Below the pieces are notes generated by a model. That model was not told the DNA's origin. It worked only from the letters and a program-made list of their open reading frames with translations, and did no database searches. Positions 18,447-28,198 of a DNA stretch of 64,000 nt are shown here, piece after piece. The number at the start of each line of letters is the position of its first letter. The first letter of the stretch is position 1. This stretch comes from a virus (taxonomy: Duplodnaviria; Caudoviricetes), in the IMG/VR virus record IMGVR_UViG_3300014773_000009, positions 1 through 64,000 of that record; one strand, given 5' to 3'. The position numbers were made by a program, and so were the translations under genes.

Positions 18447-18881
18447 ATGGCAGACATCTCCTCGCCCAGCCCGAAGGTGGATCTCGCAAAGCGTGGCCTG
18501 CTCGCCCCGCTGCGACGCGACCAGAAGAACGACTTCGCGCACGGGACCGCGGCGGAGCTCCAGGCCTCCAACATCCGACAGGCGCTGATGACCCAGGCCG
18601 CCACCGACGAGGCACCTGGGGAGGTCGCGTGGGACGGGACGCTCGGAAGTAGTCTGCACTTGGTGCTCCACCGTAATGGCACAGTGAACATGGATGACGT
18701 CGCGACCTATTACGTGGTGGACGCGATTCGACAGGCTGAGCCGCGCGCGCGGGTCACCAGCGTGCAGCTGAAGCGCGACAAGTCCACGCTGATGCTGGTG
18801 GTGAAGTTCGTGCCGACCGATGGAAACGGGCGCGCCATCGCCGACGAGCAGAACACCGAGATCCCCGTTTCGGAGACCTGA
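18447..18881 (+). CDS. Baseplate wedge gp25/gpW-like protein
   Basis: NI...L.T...GE......GS.L, AI...EPR. Confidence 0.8.
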   Translation: MADISSPSPKVDLAKRGLLAPLRRDQKNDFAHGTAAELQASNIRQALMTQAATDEAPGEVAWDGTLGSSLHLVLHRNGTVNMDDVATYYVVDAIRQAEPRARVTSVQLKRDKSTLMLVVKFVPTDGNGRAIADEQNTEIPVSET

Positions 18882-18883
18882 CC

Positions 18884-20389
18884 ATGCCCATTCTCCCTAA
18901 GGACCTCGACTACACCACGCTCGACCAGCAGGCGCTCGAGACGCGCATCTTTCGCCTCATCGATTCGGTGTTTCCGGAGTGGTCGGAGCGGGCCCGGATC
19001 AACTTCGGCAACCTGCTCGTGGGAGCGATGGCGATGGTGGGCGACAAACTCGCGTTCATCATGGACAACCACGCGGCCGAGAGCCGCTGGTCGACAGCGG
19101 TGCTGCGTCGAAGCCTGCTCTCGATGAGCAAGCTGATCGGGTACAGACCGCCATCGGCGTCGGCGGCCACCGTCGACGTGACGCTCGCGTTGGACGCTGC
19201 TGCGCTGGGCACCGTGACGATCGCTGCGGGCACGACGATCCGCACGGGCGAGGTGACCGCCCCCGTCGTCTACCAGCTGCTGGCAGACGTGGTGTTCACG
19301 CCTGGACAGACCTCGCGTCCTGGCAGCGCCGAGAACAGCGAGACGTGGTCCGAGCAGTTCCTGTCGACCGAGCTCCGCAACCAGGTGGACACGCTGCAGC
19401 GCACCGGCGTGCTCGACGGCAGTCTGTCCGTGGTGTCGGCCGACGGCGCGTACACCGAGGTGGCCGACTTCCTGGACTCGAGCGCCACGTCGAAGCACTT
19501 CACGGTGACGATCGACGCGAGCAATCGCGCAACCCTGCGCTACGGCGATGGCGTCAATGGTGCGATCCCGGTAGGTACTCGCACGGTAACCTACAAGACG
19601 GGGGGCGGGCGCGGGGGGCGGGTTGAGCCCGGTCGGCTCAACCGCATCGACGGAACTTTCACGGACTCGCTTGGCAACCAGGTGCGTGTGAGCGTGATCA
19701 ACGCCGCGGCGTCGGTTGGTGGAGAGGACCGCGAGTCCAACGCGATGTTCAAGGTGAAGGCGCCGCGCTCGCTTCGGGTGCTCGAGCGGAGCGTTGGGCG
19801 CGAGGACTACGAGATCGTCGCACTCGAGGTGCCTGGCGTGGCGCGGGCTCTACACCTCACTGGGAACGAGAATGGGGCGATCGGAGAGAACCAGGGCCAG
19901 CTCTTCATCGTGCCGGTGGGCGGTGGGTCGCCGTCGCAAGCACTGCTCGACGCGGTCGCCGCTCGCTTCGATCCGATGACGGGGGACCGACCCAAGACGA
20001 ACACCTACCAGCTACTCGTGCAGGGGGCTGGGTACCTGTCTGTGGATCACCAAGCGACGGTGTACTTGAAGAGCGGAGTCGCGCGGGAAACCGCGCGCGC
20101 GGCCGTGCTCGCCTCGCTCCAAGCGTTCTACGCGCTCACCACCACCGATGAGGCTGGCGAGGAGATCGACAACCTCACCGTGAACTTCGGCTTCTATCTG
20201 CAGGGGCCGCTCGCGTGGTCCGACGTGCTGAACGCCATCCGCGACACCGTCGGCATCCTACGCGTCGACCCTGGTCCTGCTGGGCTGCTGCTGAATGGCT
20301 TGCGTGATGACGTCGAGTTGGAGGTGCAGCAGTTCCCCCAGATGGGCGACCTGGTGCTGATCGACGGGCTCACCGGCGAGACCTTCTGA
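18884..20389 (+). CDS. Baseplate J-like wedge protein
   Basis: DYT..D, IGY.P, YGDGVNG.IP, GG.D.ES, R.V...DYE. Confidence 0.9.
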   Translation: MPILPKDLDYTTLDQQALETRIFRLIDSVFPEWSERARINFGNLLVGAMAMVGDKLAFIMDNHAAESRWSTAVLRRSLLSMSKLIGYRPPSASAATVDVTLALDAAALGTVTIAAGTTIRTGEVTAPVVYQLLADVVFTPGQTSRPGSAENSETWSEQFLSTELRNQVDTLQRTGVLDGSLSVVSADGAYTEVADFLDSSATSKHFTVTIDASNRATLRYGDGVNGAIPVGTRTVTYKTGGGRGGRVEPGRLNRIDGTFTDSLGNQVRVSVINAAASVGGEDRESNAMFKVKAPRSLRVLERSVGREDYEIVALEVPGVARALHLTGNENGAIGENQGQLFIVPVGGGSPSQALLDAVAARFDPMTGDRPKTNTYQLLVQGAGYLSVDHQATVYLKSGVARETARAAVLASLQAFYALTTTDEAGEEIDNLTVNFGFYLQGPLAWSDVLNAIRDTVGILRVDPGPAGLLLNGLRDDVELEVQQFPQMGDLVLIDGLTGETF

Positions 20390-20402
20390 GCGCGCCGACG
20401 TG

Positions 20403-20433
20403 ACCCGCTCTCCCGGGAGAGAGCAGGGTTTTC
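20403..20433 (+). terminator. Possible intrinsic terminator (overlaps a late-promoter motif copy starting 20392)
   Basis: ACCC-GCTCTC-ccggga-GAGAGC-a-GGGT followed by TTT. Confidence 0.4.
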
Positions 20434-20437
20434 GTTC

Positions 20438-20668
20438 GTGGAGCGCTCGATCATCGCGAACAGGCTGAAGCAAGCGCGGCAGCAGCGTGGGGTGTCGCTT
20501 CGCGAGATGGCCAGGCGGCTCGGGCTGTCGGCCAGCAGCGCGGTGGTTCGCATCGAGGACAACCACTGCGTGAACGAGCGGACGATCCGCAGGTACGCGG
20601 ACGCGCTCGACCTGGACGTCGAGATCCGGCTGGTCGAGCGCAAGCAGGAGCAGGCAAATGCCGAGTGA
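20438..20668 (+). CDS. XRE-family HTH protein
   Basis: LKQARQQRGVSLREMARRLGLS...VRIE. Confidence 0.8.
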   Translation: MERSIIANRLKQARQQRGVSLREMARRLGLSASSAVVRIEDNHCVNERTIRRYADALDLDVEIRLVERKQEQANAE

Positions 20669-21110
20669 CGAGCCCAAGAAGAAGCCAGCGCGACCGAAGA
20701 AAAAGCGACCGAGCCGCGGCAAGGTGCACAGCAAGCAGCCTGCGCTCACGCCGGAGTTGATCAAGGAGGCGCTGGAGAAGTCGAGCGGCGTCGCCAAGGC
20801 TGCGGCGCGCATGCTGAAGGTCAGCGCGTGGACGCTGCATCGGCACATCGGTCGAGATCCAGAGCTGCGCGCCATCCTGGCGGTCATTCGAGAGGAGACG
20901 CTCGACCTGGCGGAGACGTCGCTCACCAGGTTGCTGAAGGACCCCGACCATCCGGCGCACCCGCAGGCGGTCTTCTTCACGCTTCGCACGCTCGGCTCGA
21001 CGCGCGGATTCGCCGAGCGGCAGGAGATCGTGGGCGCGCCCAATCCTGATGGATCGGCGGGGCCCGTGAAGGTTCAGTTCTATCTGCCCGAGCGCGAGGT
21101 AGATGGGTGA
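20658..21110 (+). CDS. Probable terminase small subunit (HTH)
   Basis: Immediately upstream of TerL; HTH, LDLAE..L, AVFF.L.T.G..RG..ERQE. Confidence 0.7.
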   Translation: MPSDEPKKKPARPKKKRPSRGKVHSKQPALTPELIKEALEKSSGVAKAAARMLKVSAWTLHRHIGRDPELRAILAVIREETLDLAETSLTRLLKDPDHPAHPQAVFFTLRTLGSTRGFAERQEIVGAPNPDGSAGPVKVQFYLPEREVDG

Positions 21111-22509
21111 CGATCTCATCATCCGACCGAACCCAGGACCTCAGACGGCAGCGTTCAGGTCGAACGCCAAGGAGCTGCTGTATGGCGGGGCGGCTGGCGC
21201 TGGAAAGAGCTTCTTCCTCGTCGCCGACCCCCTGAGGTTCGTCGAGCACCCGCGCTCTCGCGCACTGCTCTTGCGGCGAACGACCAAGCAGCTGGAGGAC
21301 TCGCTCATTGCAGAGACCGAGCGGCTGTACCCGCATTTCGGGGCCAAGTTCAATGGCACGAAGCTGACGTGGACGTTCCCGAGCGGAGCCAGGGTGCGAC
21401 TTGGGCACATGGAGCACGACAAGAACAAGTACGACTACGACGGAGCGCCATTCTCCTGGATTGGCTGGGATGAGCTCACGCACTTCCTGCACTCGCAGTA
21501 CACGTTCATGTTCTCGCGCCTGCGGTCGGCGTACGGGGTACCGACCTTCATGCGCGCTACCACCAACCCAGGTGGCCCCGGGCACCGGTTCGTGCTTGAG
21601 CGATTCGCGCCATGGCTCTACCCACCTGACTTCGATGAATACGCTGGCGCTCGCGCGAAGCCAGGAGAGAAGTTCTTCTATCGACGCACCAGCAAAGGAA
21701 CGCAGCGCTGCGAGCCAACATGGCACGACCCGGAATGTCGGAAGGGTTGCCGTGAAGGCGACCCATGCCCACGCCACAAGCCGCTCTCCCGCACCTTCAT
21801 ACCCGGCAGGTTGGCCGACAACCCGTACCTGGAGGGCACTGACTACGAGGCGTCGCTCGACGAGCTCAACCCCATCGAGCGAGCGCAGAAGAAGTTCGGC
21901 GACTGGATGATCAAGCCCGCGTCGGGCAAGGTCTTTCAGCGCGGCAAGATCCCGATCGTTCCCGCGGCTCCCGCCACCGTGCTCTGCCGTGCGCGCTTCT
22001 GGGACCGCGGCGGCACCGACGATGGCGGCGACTGGACGGTTGGCGTTCGAATGGCCGCGCTCGCCAACGGCCTGTGGTGCGTCGAGCACGTGGTGCGTGA
22101 GCAGCTCGGGCCGGGCGGCGTGGCGCAGCTGATCGCGAACACTGCGAAGACGGACCCCCCGGGGACGGTGATCGGCATCGAGCAGGACCCGGGGTCAGCC
22201 GGAAAGTTCGAGGCGCACTACTACGTGAGCGCTCTCGCCGGCTTCACGGTGAAGATCTTGCCGACCCAAGGGGAGAGCAAGCTCGCGCGCGCTGGGCCGC
22301 TCTCGGCTCAGGCGGCGGTCGAGAACCTCATCTGTGTGGCAGGCACGTGGAACCACGAGTTCGTGACCGAGCTGAACGACTTTCCCGACGGCAGCTTCGA
22401 CGACCAGGTGGACGCCGCTTCGGGCGCCTTCCGTCTCCTCGTTCAGCTCGTGCGGGCGATGACGAACGCGCAGCGCGGTGCCGGAGGGGTGCGGGTCCGC
22501 GTGGCGTGA
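21103..22509 (+). CDS. terL: Terminase large subunit
   Basis: YGGAAGAGKS Walker A, WDELT Walker B, TTNPGG, RFWD, EQDPGSAGK, DDQVDA. Confidence 0.95.
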   Translation: MGDDLIIRPNPGPQTAAFRSNAKELLYGGAAGAGKSFFLVADPLRFVEHPRSRALLLRRTTKQLEDSLIAETERLYPHFGAKFNGTKLTWTFPSGARVRLGHMEHDKNKYDYDGAPFSWIGWDELTHFLHSQYTFMFSRLRSAYGVPTFMRATTNPGGPGHRFVLERFAPWLYPPDFDEYAGARAKPGEKFFYRRTSKGTQRCEPTWHDPECRKGCREGDPCPRHKPLSRTFIPGRLADNPYLEGTDYEASLDELNPIERAQKKFGDWMIKPASGKVFQRGKIPIVPAAPATVLCRARFWDRGGTDDGGDWTVGVRMAALANGLWCVEHVVREQLGPGGVAQLIANTAKTDPPGTVIGIEQDPGSAGKFEAHYYVSALAGFTVKILPTQGESKLARAGPLSAQAAVENLICVAGTWNHEFVTELNDFPDGSFDDQVDAASGAFRLLVQLVRAMTNAQRGAGGVRVRVA

Positions 22510-22558
22510 GGTGCCAGCGCGACCGACGGGCCGCCGTGCAGGCATCCCTGTGAGCGCC

Positions 22559-23740
22559 ATGATCGAGCGCCAGATCAAAGTCGCCCAGCGCGTCCGCTCC
22601 GCCCTCGCGAAGGGGCGCCCGGTGAAGCGGGCGAAGTTCCAGGACATCGAGCTCCGCATCGATCGCCCAGCCGGCTACGTGCAGCAGGGAAAGGACGCCG
22701 CAGGCAACAAGTGGGAGCGCACCTTCAAGGTGGACTACGGCTACATCCCGGGGACCGCCGGCGGGGACGGCGACGGGGTGGACGTCTACCTGGGCCCCGC
22801 CTCGAACGCGCCGCTCGCGTACTGGGTGATCCAGCGCACGGCAGCCGGCGGCTTCGACGAGTACAAGCTGATGCTCGGGTTCCTGGACAGGCGCTCGGCG
22901 AAGGCCATGTGGGAGGCGCACACGCCCGCGAAGTTCTACGGTGGGATGACGACCACCTCGATGGGGGTCGTCAAGGCGCTGCTCGGGGTCGAGCCGGTGG
23001 CGATCCACAAGGCGCGGACCGACCTCATGGTCGCTCTCACCAAGTCCGAGGACCGCAGCACCGCGTCGTTGCTTCTCGAGGCTGGTCCGCCCATGGAGTG
23101 GAGCGGCTCTGTCGCTCAGATCTTGGGCGAGGTCAGGCGCAAGAAGATCGAGGAGCTGTGGAGCGCGCTATCGGCCGAGCAGAAGGCGATGGTCGAGCAG
23201 GCCTGGAACGCCTACATGGACACGCTCTACGAGGAAGACGAGCCCACCCCGGCCCCGGTGCGAGAGCGCATGGAGCAGGTGGCAGCAGACCTCGTGGCCA
23301 AGTACCCCGAGCTCGCGAAGCGGGACGGGCTCCTGAGCGTGGAGAAGGCGAGCGAAGAGCAGCGGTACGTTCTTGGTGTGGTGCTCACCCCCGACGAGGT
23401 CGACGCCCAGGGCGACACCTACGACGCGCCGACGGTCGAGCGAGCCGCCCACCTGTACCTGGCCAAGTTCCGCAACCGCGGCCTGCAGCACCAGCAGCTG
23501 GTCAACCACTACGTGGACCTGGTCGAGAGCTACATCGCTCCGTGCGACATCACATTCGGCTCGAGGACGGTCAAGGCGGGGACCTGGCTTGCCGCGTTCG
23601 TGGTCCACGATGACGAGATTTGGCAGGCGGTAAAGCGCGGGGAACTCGGGGGACTCAGCATCGGTGGGGTGGCCACCAAGGTGGACCCGGCAACCGGTGA
23701 GGTGATCGCGCCGCCGCCCGACATGGCGCGCTTGCTCTGA
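22559..23740 (+). CDS. InPase (inorganic pyrophosphatase-like) domain fused to XkdF-like prohead serine protease
   Basis: N-term DYGYIPGT.GGDGDGVDVYLGP...FDEYKLMLGF; C-term PDEVDAQGD, QH, VESYIAP, GTW, VKRGELGGLSIGG. Confidence 0.8.
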   Translation: MIERQIKVAQRVRSALAKGRPVKRAKFQDIELRIDRPAGYVQQGKDAAGNKWERTFKVDYGYIPGTAGGDGDGVDVYLGPASNAPLAYWVIQRTAAGGFDEYKLMLGFLDRRSAKAMWEAHTPAKFYGGMTTTSMGVVKALLGVEPVAIHKARTDLMVALTKSEDRSTASLLLEAGPPMEWSGSVAQILGEVRRKKIEELWSALSAEQKAMVEQAWNAYMDTLYEEDEPTPAPVRERMEQVAADLVAKYPELAKRDGLLSVEKASEEQRYVLGVVLTPDEVDAQGDTYDAPTVERAAHLYLAKFRNRGLQHQQLVNHYVDLVESYIAPCDITFGSRTVKAGTWLAAFVVHDDEIWQAVKRGELGGLSIGGVATKVDPATGEVIAPPPDMARLL

Positions 23741-23751
23741 TCGATTTCTGC

Positions 23752-23787
23752 GCGCCGACGGGACGCGGAGGGTCGCGCTCGTAGGGT
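23752..23787 (+). promoter_or_regulatory. Late-promoter motif copy
   Basis: GCGCCGACG-N21-TAGGGT-N7-GTG(23795). Confidence 0.65.
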
Positions 23788-23794
23788 CGCGCTC

Positions 23795-24562
23795 GTGGCC
23801 AACCGAAAAGCCAAGGCGCAGCTCAAGGACATCATCGTGGGCGAGGTCTCGCTCGTCGACCGTCCCGCCAACGAGGCGCCGTTTCTGGTGAAGAAGGCCG
23901 AGGGCGACGCCCCCGCGCCGGCGCCAGCACCGGCAGCGGCGGGTGAACAGGCGGCGGCCGAGGAGAAGGCCGACCCGATGATCGGGACGGACGTCAAGCA
24001 GCCGCTCATCGACGAGCTCGGGGCCTGTCTCGAGGCCCTATCAGGTCTCGCTGCGACCATCTCCGAGACCCAGACCCAGGACGGCGCCGGTGTGCCACCC
24101 GAGTTCACCGAGATGATCCGTAACGAGGGCGCCCGGCTCACGGCGCTGGCCGACAAGTTCGCGCCTGCCGCTCCCCCCGAAGAGGCGCCCAAGGAGGCCG
24201 CGGCGCCTGCCGCGCCGGACGGACCCTCCCCACAGACCGCACCCGTCGATGCCGCCGCGATCGAGCGCGCGATGGAGAACGTGCTCGAGCGCTACGGCGT
24301 GAAGAAGCCGGACGAGGCGTCCGCAGCCAAGAGCGTCGAGACCACGAAGTCGATCACCGAGAAGCTCGACAAGGTGATCGCGCTCCAGCAGGCGTCGCTC
24401 GCGCGGGCGGTCGCTGGCTCGATCGGCAAGTCCGCGCAGCCGCCGAACTCGGAGCCGCCCGACGCGCCTCCACCGCCAGCGCCGGAGAAGCGCGTGCACT
24501 GGCCTTCCGATCTGAGCGCGGAAGTGACGGCCAAGATGGCCGCCACTCGCGCCGGTTCCTGA
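23795..24562 (+). CDS. Head scaffold protein with N-terminal EVSLVDRPAN segment
   Basis: Low-complexity Ala/Pro/Glu sequence directly before the capsid gene. Confidence 0.65.
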   Translation: MANRKAKAQLKDIIVGEVSLVDRPANEAPFLVKKAEGDAPAPAPAPAAAGEQAAAEEKADPMIGTDVKQPLIDELGACLEALSGLAATISETQTQDGAGVPPEFTEMIRNEGARLTALADKFAPAAPPEEAPKEAAAPAAPDGPSPQTAPVDAAAIERAMENVLERYGVKKPDEASAAKSVETTKSITEKLDKVIALQQASLARAVAGSIGKSAQPPNSEPPDAPPPPAPEKRVHWPSDLSAEVTAKMAATRAGS

Positions 24563-24613
24563 TCTTCCCACCAGCTCCCCATCTCCCCAACCCATCCGAA
24601 AGCGAGTCGCAAG

Positions 24614-25582
24614 ATGTCCACGAACGCGGAGCTCATCCAGAAGCAGAAGAGCCTGATCGCGAAGGCCGACATGCAGCTGTCCGAGCTCACCTCTGGCGGC
24701 GGCAAGCTCCAGGAGGAGCAGGTCAAGGAGTTCTGGCAGGTCTCGATCGCCAGCAGCGCCTTCCTGCAGCTGGTGAAGACCCAGCCCATGAAGGGCACCG
24801 AGTACGAGATCCCGAAGATCGCGATGAGCGACTGGACGCTCGTGCCCGGCAACGAGCGCACCTCCCTCGGTGAGGACGACCGCTCGAAGCCCACTCCCGG
24901 AAAGGTCACGCTGAGCACGAAGACGTTCAAGGGCAGCACGTCGCTCTCGTACGACCAGCTGGAGGAGAACATCGAGGGCGGCACGCTGCTCGAGACCGTT
25001 CGGTCGATGCTGGCCAAGAAGGTGGCGTCCGAGATGGCCATCATCTGCGTGCAGGGCGACACCGCAAGCGGCACCACGACCAAGAAGCTGCGCGCGCTCA
25101 AGCAGCTCGATGGCATCCTGAAGCAGGCCACCTCGCTCGTGTACGACGCCAGCGGCGCGCGCCTGAGCAAGGCCGTGCTCGAGACGATGTGGCGCAAGCT
25201 GCCGGTCGAGGCTCTCGACATGGCGAACTTGGCGTTCCTCACCAGCAAGAACGCGAGCCACGACTACACCGCGTCGGTGGCGAACCGCCAGACCCCCAAG
25301 GGCGACAGCGCGCTCGACAAGATGGCCGAGGAGCGGTACGGCCGCGCACCCATCATCCCCGTCGCCGCGTTCCCCGAGGATCTGGGCGGCGGCGACAAGA
25401 CGAACGTCGTGCTCTGCGACCCGAAGTCGATCGTGATCGGCCTCGGCAAGGACGTGACGATCGAGACGATGCAGGACGTGCGCTCGAGCGAGTACATCAT
25501 CGTCGTGCGAACGAAGTTCGACGTGAAGTTCGTGCACGAGCCCTTCGTGGTGAAGGCGACGAACGTCCTCGCGTCTGCCTGA
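24614..25582 (+). CDS. Major capsid protein (HK97 fold, XkdG-like)
   Basis: GG.L..EQ..EF, LEENIEG, QGDT, DGILKQ. Confidence 0.88.
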   Translation: MSTNAELIQKQKSLIAKADMQLSELTSGGGKLQEEQVKEFWQVSIASSAFLQLVKTQPMKGTEYEIPKIAMSDWTLVPGNERTSLGEDDRSKPTPGKVTLSTKTFKGSTSLSYDQLEENIEGGTLLETVRSMLAKKVASEMAIICVQGDTASGTTTKKLRALKQLDGILKQATSLVYDASGARLSKAVLETMWRKLPVEALDMANLAFLTSKNASHDYTASVANRQTPKGDSALDKMAEERYGRAPIIPVAAFPEDLGGGDKTNVVLCDPKSIVIGLGKDVTIETMQDVRSSEYIIVVRTKFDVKFVHEPFVVKATNVLASA

Positions 25583-25648
25583 TCTCAGGTCATCGGAACC
25601 CATCTCGCTTGAAGACGGCGCTGCGGCGCCACGCAGGAGAAAGACCAC

Positions 25649-25987
25649 ATGGCTCTCGGAACTCCCACGTTGGACGAATCTGCTGGCCGCAACGGAGCCC
25701 CGGTCTTCGTGGACCTGGTCTCCTTGCTCGGGGACACCTCTTACCCGACCGGCGGTTCGACGGGGCTGGAGGCCGCGCTCGAAGCCCTGGTCGGCGCGGG
25801 CCGCAAGATCTTGGGCGTGATTCCGCTCGAGTGCGGCGGCTACCTGCCGCAGTGGGACCTCGCGAACGGCAAGCTCAAGATGTTCTACGGCGACAACAAC
25901 AACGCCTCAGACGGTCCGCTGATCGAGGTGCCGAACGCCACCGCGCTGAACGGCGTGACCATGAAGCTGCTCGTGCTGTCGAAGTGA
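25649..25987 (+). CDS. Head decoration-like protein
   Basis: SD CAGGAGA; SYPTGG...KLK.F...EV.N...L pattern; follows the capsid gene. Confidence 0.55.
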   Translation: MALGTPTLDESAGRNGAPVFVDLVSLLGDTSYPTGGSTGLEAALEALVGAGRKILGVIPLECGGYLPQWDLANGKLKMFYGDNNNASDGPLIEVPNATALNGVTMKLLVLSK

Positions 25988-25994
25988 GGGCACC

Positions 25995-26231
25995 ATGAGC
26001 ACCATCAAGACAGACTTCGGTGAGGGTGGCGCCAACCTGGCGCCCGGCGGCGCAGCAGGTTCACCCGACTTGGCCACCGCCCTGCGCGACGGTGCAGACG
26101 ACTTCGAGACGCTGCGCGCCGCGTTCAACGCGCTGCTGACCAAGCTCGACGCCGACGCCGGCGTGGCCGACGTGAACTACAACTCCACGCTCGCGGTCGC
26201 GTCCGGAACCATCAAGACGAAGAAGGGCTGA
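25995..26231 (+). CDS. Small head fibre-like protein
   Basis: LRAAFNALLTKL coiled motif. Confidence 0.5.
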   Translation: MSTIKTDFGEGGANLAPGGAAGSPDLATALRDGADDFETLRAAFNALLTKLDADAGVADVNYNSTLAVASGTIKTKKG

Positions 26232-26278
26232 CCCTTCGCTCGCGGTTTCCACCATCAGCTTCCACAGAGGTCTCTGCC

Positions 26279-26641
26279 ATGGCCACGTATCGCGTCCGCA
26301 TCAAGAGGTCGGTTCCTTGCATCGAGTTCAACGAGTTCAAGGCAAGCAAGGGCTGGTACGAGGTGGACGAAGCCAAGGCGGAGTGGTGTCGCTCCCGGCG
26401 CATCAACGACCTCTCGCCCGACGCCCCGCTGGTCTTCGACGTCATGACGAAGGAAGAGGCCCGGATCGCCGACCAGGTCGAGCGCAGGATCGAGAACCCC
26501 GTCGGAACCGTCGATTCGCCGACTCGGCTCCCCCCCTCCCGCACCACCGAAGGTGACGGCGACACCGGGGACGCGTCCGGCAAGGACGAGAAGGGCACGA
26601 GGGGCAAGGCCAAGAACCCGGGCGCCGAGCCGCAGCTCTGA
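26279..26641 (+). CDS. Hypothetical head-region protein
   Basis: ORF with SD-like GAGG upstream. Confidence 0.55.
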   Translation: MATYRVRIKRSVPCIEFNEFKASKGWYEVDEAKAEWCRSRRINDLSPDAPLVFDVMTKEEARIADQVERRIENPVGTVDSPTRLPPSRTTEGDGDTGDASGKDEKGTRGKAKNPGAEPQL

Positions 26642-26708
26642 GGTCAGCCAGGCAATCTTGGGGCGCGCACCGATCACCGGCAGCGCGCCCCTCGTCATTT
26701 GAGGTCCC

Positions 26709-27713
26709 ATGCTCCTGGTGGAAAAAGGCACGGCGCTCTCGATCGCCAACCCGCTCCTGGGCTTCTTCGGCGTGACGACGAAGGGGTTCCTGGCGGACGT
26801 CGACGAGCTCTCCTTCCAGGTGTTCAAGGGGTCGACGCAGGTCTACCCGGTGACGCCAGGCAACAAGCAGCCGGTCAACGTGACCACCGACCGCATCGGC
26901 CTCGGCCGGTACGCCGCCACGTGGACCGTACCTTCGGCGACCGACACGCCAGGGCGCTACGAGATGCGCTGGTTCTACAAGTTCGACACCGCGGACGCGG
27001 AGGCGATGTCCCGCGAAACCTTCGAGGTGGTGAGTTCGCTCTCCGCGCCCGGCCCGTTCTACGCCGGCCCAGCTGACCTGCTGACCGACGAGGCCGTGGC
27101 CGGCGTGTCCGAGGGGCGCGCGCTTCTGGCGCTCAGCGTCGCGGGTCAGATGATCGATCGCTTCACCCGCACGTTCTTCGAGCCGCGGTACCTCGCGGTC
27201 GGGATGGACGGCAAGGGCGGCGACACCCTGCACCTGCAGCACGCGATCGTGGCCATCGAGACGGTGCTCGAGAACGACTCCGAGGTGGGAGATCTGGCGA
27301 ACGCCCTGGTTGTCTTCAACCGCCACCTGCGCGGCCTCACCAGCCCGAACGACCGAGGGAATCCGAAGCTGGTCTGGCGCTCCGGGGTGTGGGTCCGCGG
27401 TGCCCAGAACTTCGAGATCCGGGGCGTCTTCGGGTCGATGGAGCAGGGGCCCGCGCTCTGGGGGCGCCACATGGGAATGGTCCGCCACGCGGCCAAGCTG
27501 ATCGCGACGCGCGAGCTCGGTGTGATGGGTGACGCGGACGTGCGCGATGCAGCCCAAAACCGCTACCGCATGGTGAGCGAGAGCACGCGGGACCAGAGCT
27601 ACACGATGTCGCCGCTGACCGGGCGTGGCGGCCCGGCGTACTTCACCGGGGATCCGGAGATCGACCAGATTCTGATGGTCCTACGGGGCCCGATCCGGGT
27701 GGGTTCTACGTGA
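26709..27713 (+). CDS. Head-tail adaptor with N-terminal Ig-like domain
   Basis: IDRFTRTFF, SES...SY, TGDPEID.IL. Confidence 0.7.
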   Translation: MLLVEKGTALSIANPLLGFFGVTTKGFLADVDELSFQVFKGSTQVYPVTPGNKQPVNVTTDRIGLGRYAATWTVPSATDTPGRYEMRWFYKFDTADAEAMSRETFEVVSSLSAPGPFYAGPADLLTDEAVAGVSEGRALLALSVAGQMIDRFTRTFFEPRYLAVGMDGKGGDTLHLQHAIVAIETVLENDSEVGDLANALVVFNRHLRGLTSPNDRGNPKLVWRSGVWVRGAQNFEIRGVFGSMEQGPALWGRHMGMVRHAAKLIATRELGVMGDADVRDAAQNRYRMVSESTRDQSYTMSPLTGRGGPAYFTGDPEIDQILMVLRGPIRVGST

Positions 27714-28198
27714 GCTACCGCGGGCGCTTGATCCAACCATTCCTCGTCTCGATCGAGCGCATCGACACCGCGGCGACCGAGGCGGCCGACGGCTACGACC
27801 CGGTGTTCAAGACGGTGAAGCCGCAGTACGACGCGGACGGGAAGCTGGTGACGCCGGTGCGCTACCTGCCGGCGGTGCAGGTGCGGGCGCAGGTCGAGCA
27901 CAGCAGCTCGAAGGCGCAACAGCAGACCAGCACCGGAGACGCGCCACGGTCGCGCTACCAGCTGGTGATCCACTTCCTCGAGCTCGAGCGGCGCGGATTG
28001 CTGGACGAAAGCAAGAACCCCATGTTCCGGGTCAACGACCGCTTCACCGCCATCCACCGCCTCTCGGGCGAGCTTGAGCAGGCCATCGACCCACCGCTGG
28101 CGGTGACCGAGGTGCAGACCTCCGCCTTTGGCATCGGCGGACGCCGGAACCTCTGCGTGTTGGTCGTGGAGGACAGACCGCGAGGGGTCAGACCGTGA
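27710..28198 (+). CDS. Head closure-like protein
   Basis: Position after the adaptor; YDPVF motif. Confidence 0.55.
   Translation: MSYRGRLIQPFLVSIERIDTAATEAADGYDPVFKTVKPQYDADGKLVTPVRYLPAVQVRAQVEHSSSKAQQQTSTGDAPRSRYQLVIHFLELERRGLLDESKNPMFRVNDRFTAIHRLSGELEQAIDPPLAVTEVQTSAFGIGGRRNLCVLVVEDRPRGVRP

Noticed and set aside
8431-20389. Stand-alone eCIS/tailocin locus
   Set aside because: Terminase, portal, capsid and integrase are present, so this is a phage tail.
22511-22561. Late-promoter copy before the InPase-protease gene (and a weak one at 26667)
   Set aside because: The 9-mer variants are present, but spacing and the -10 hexamer do not fit well enough to call.
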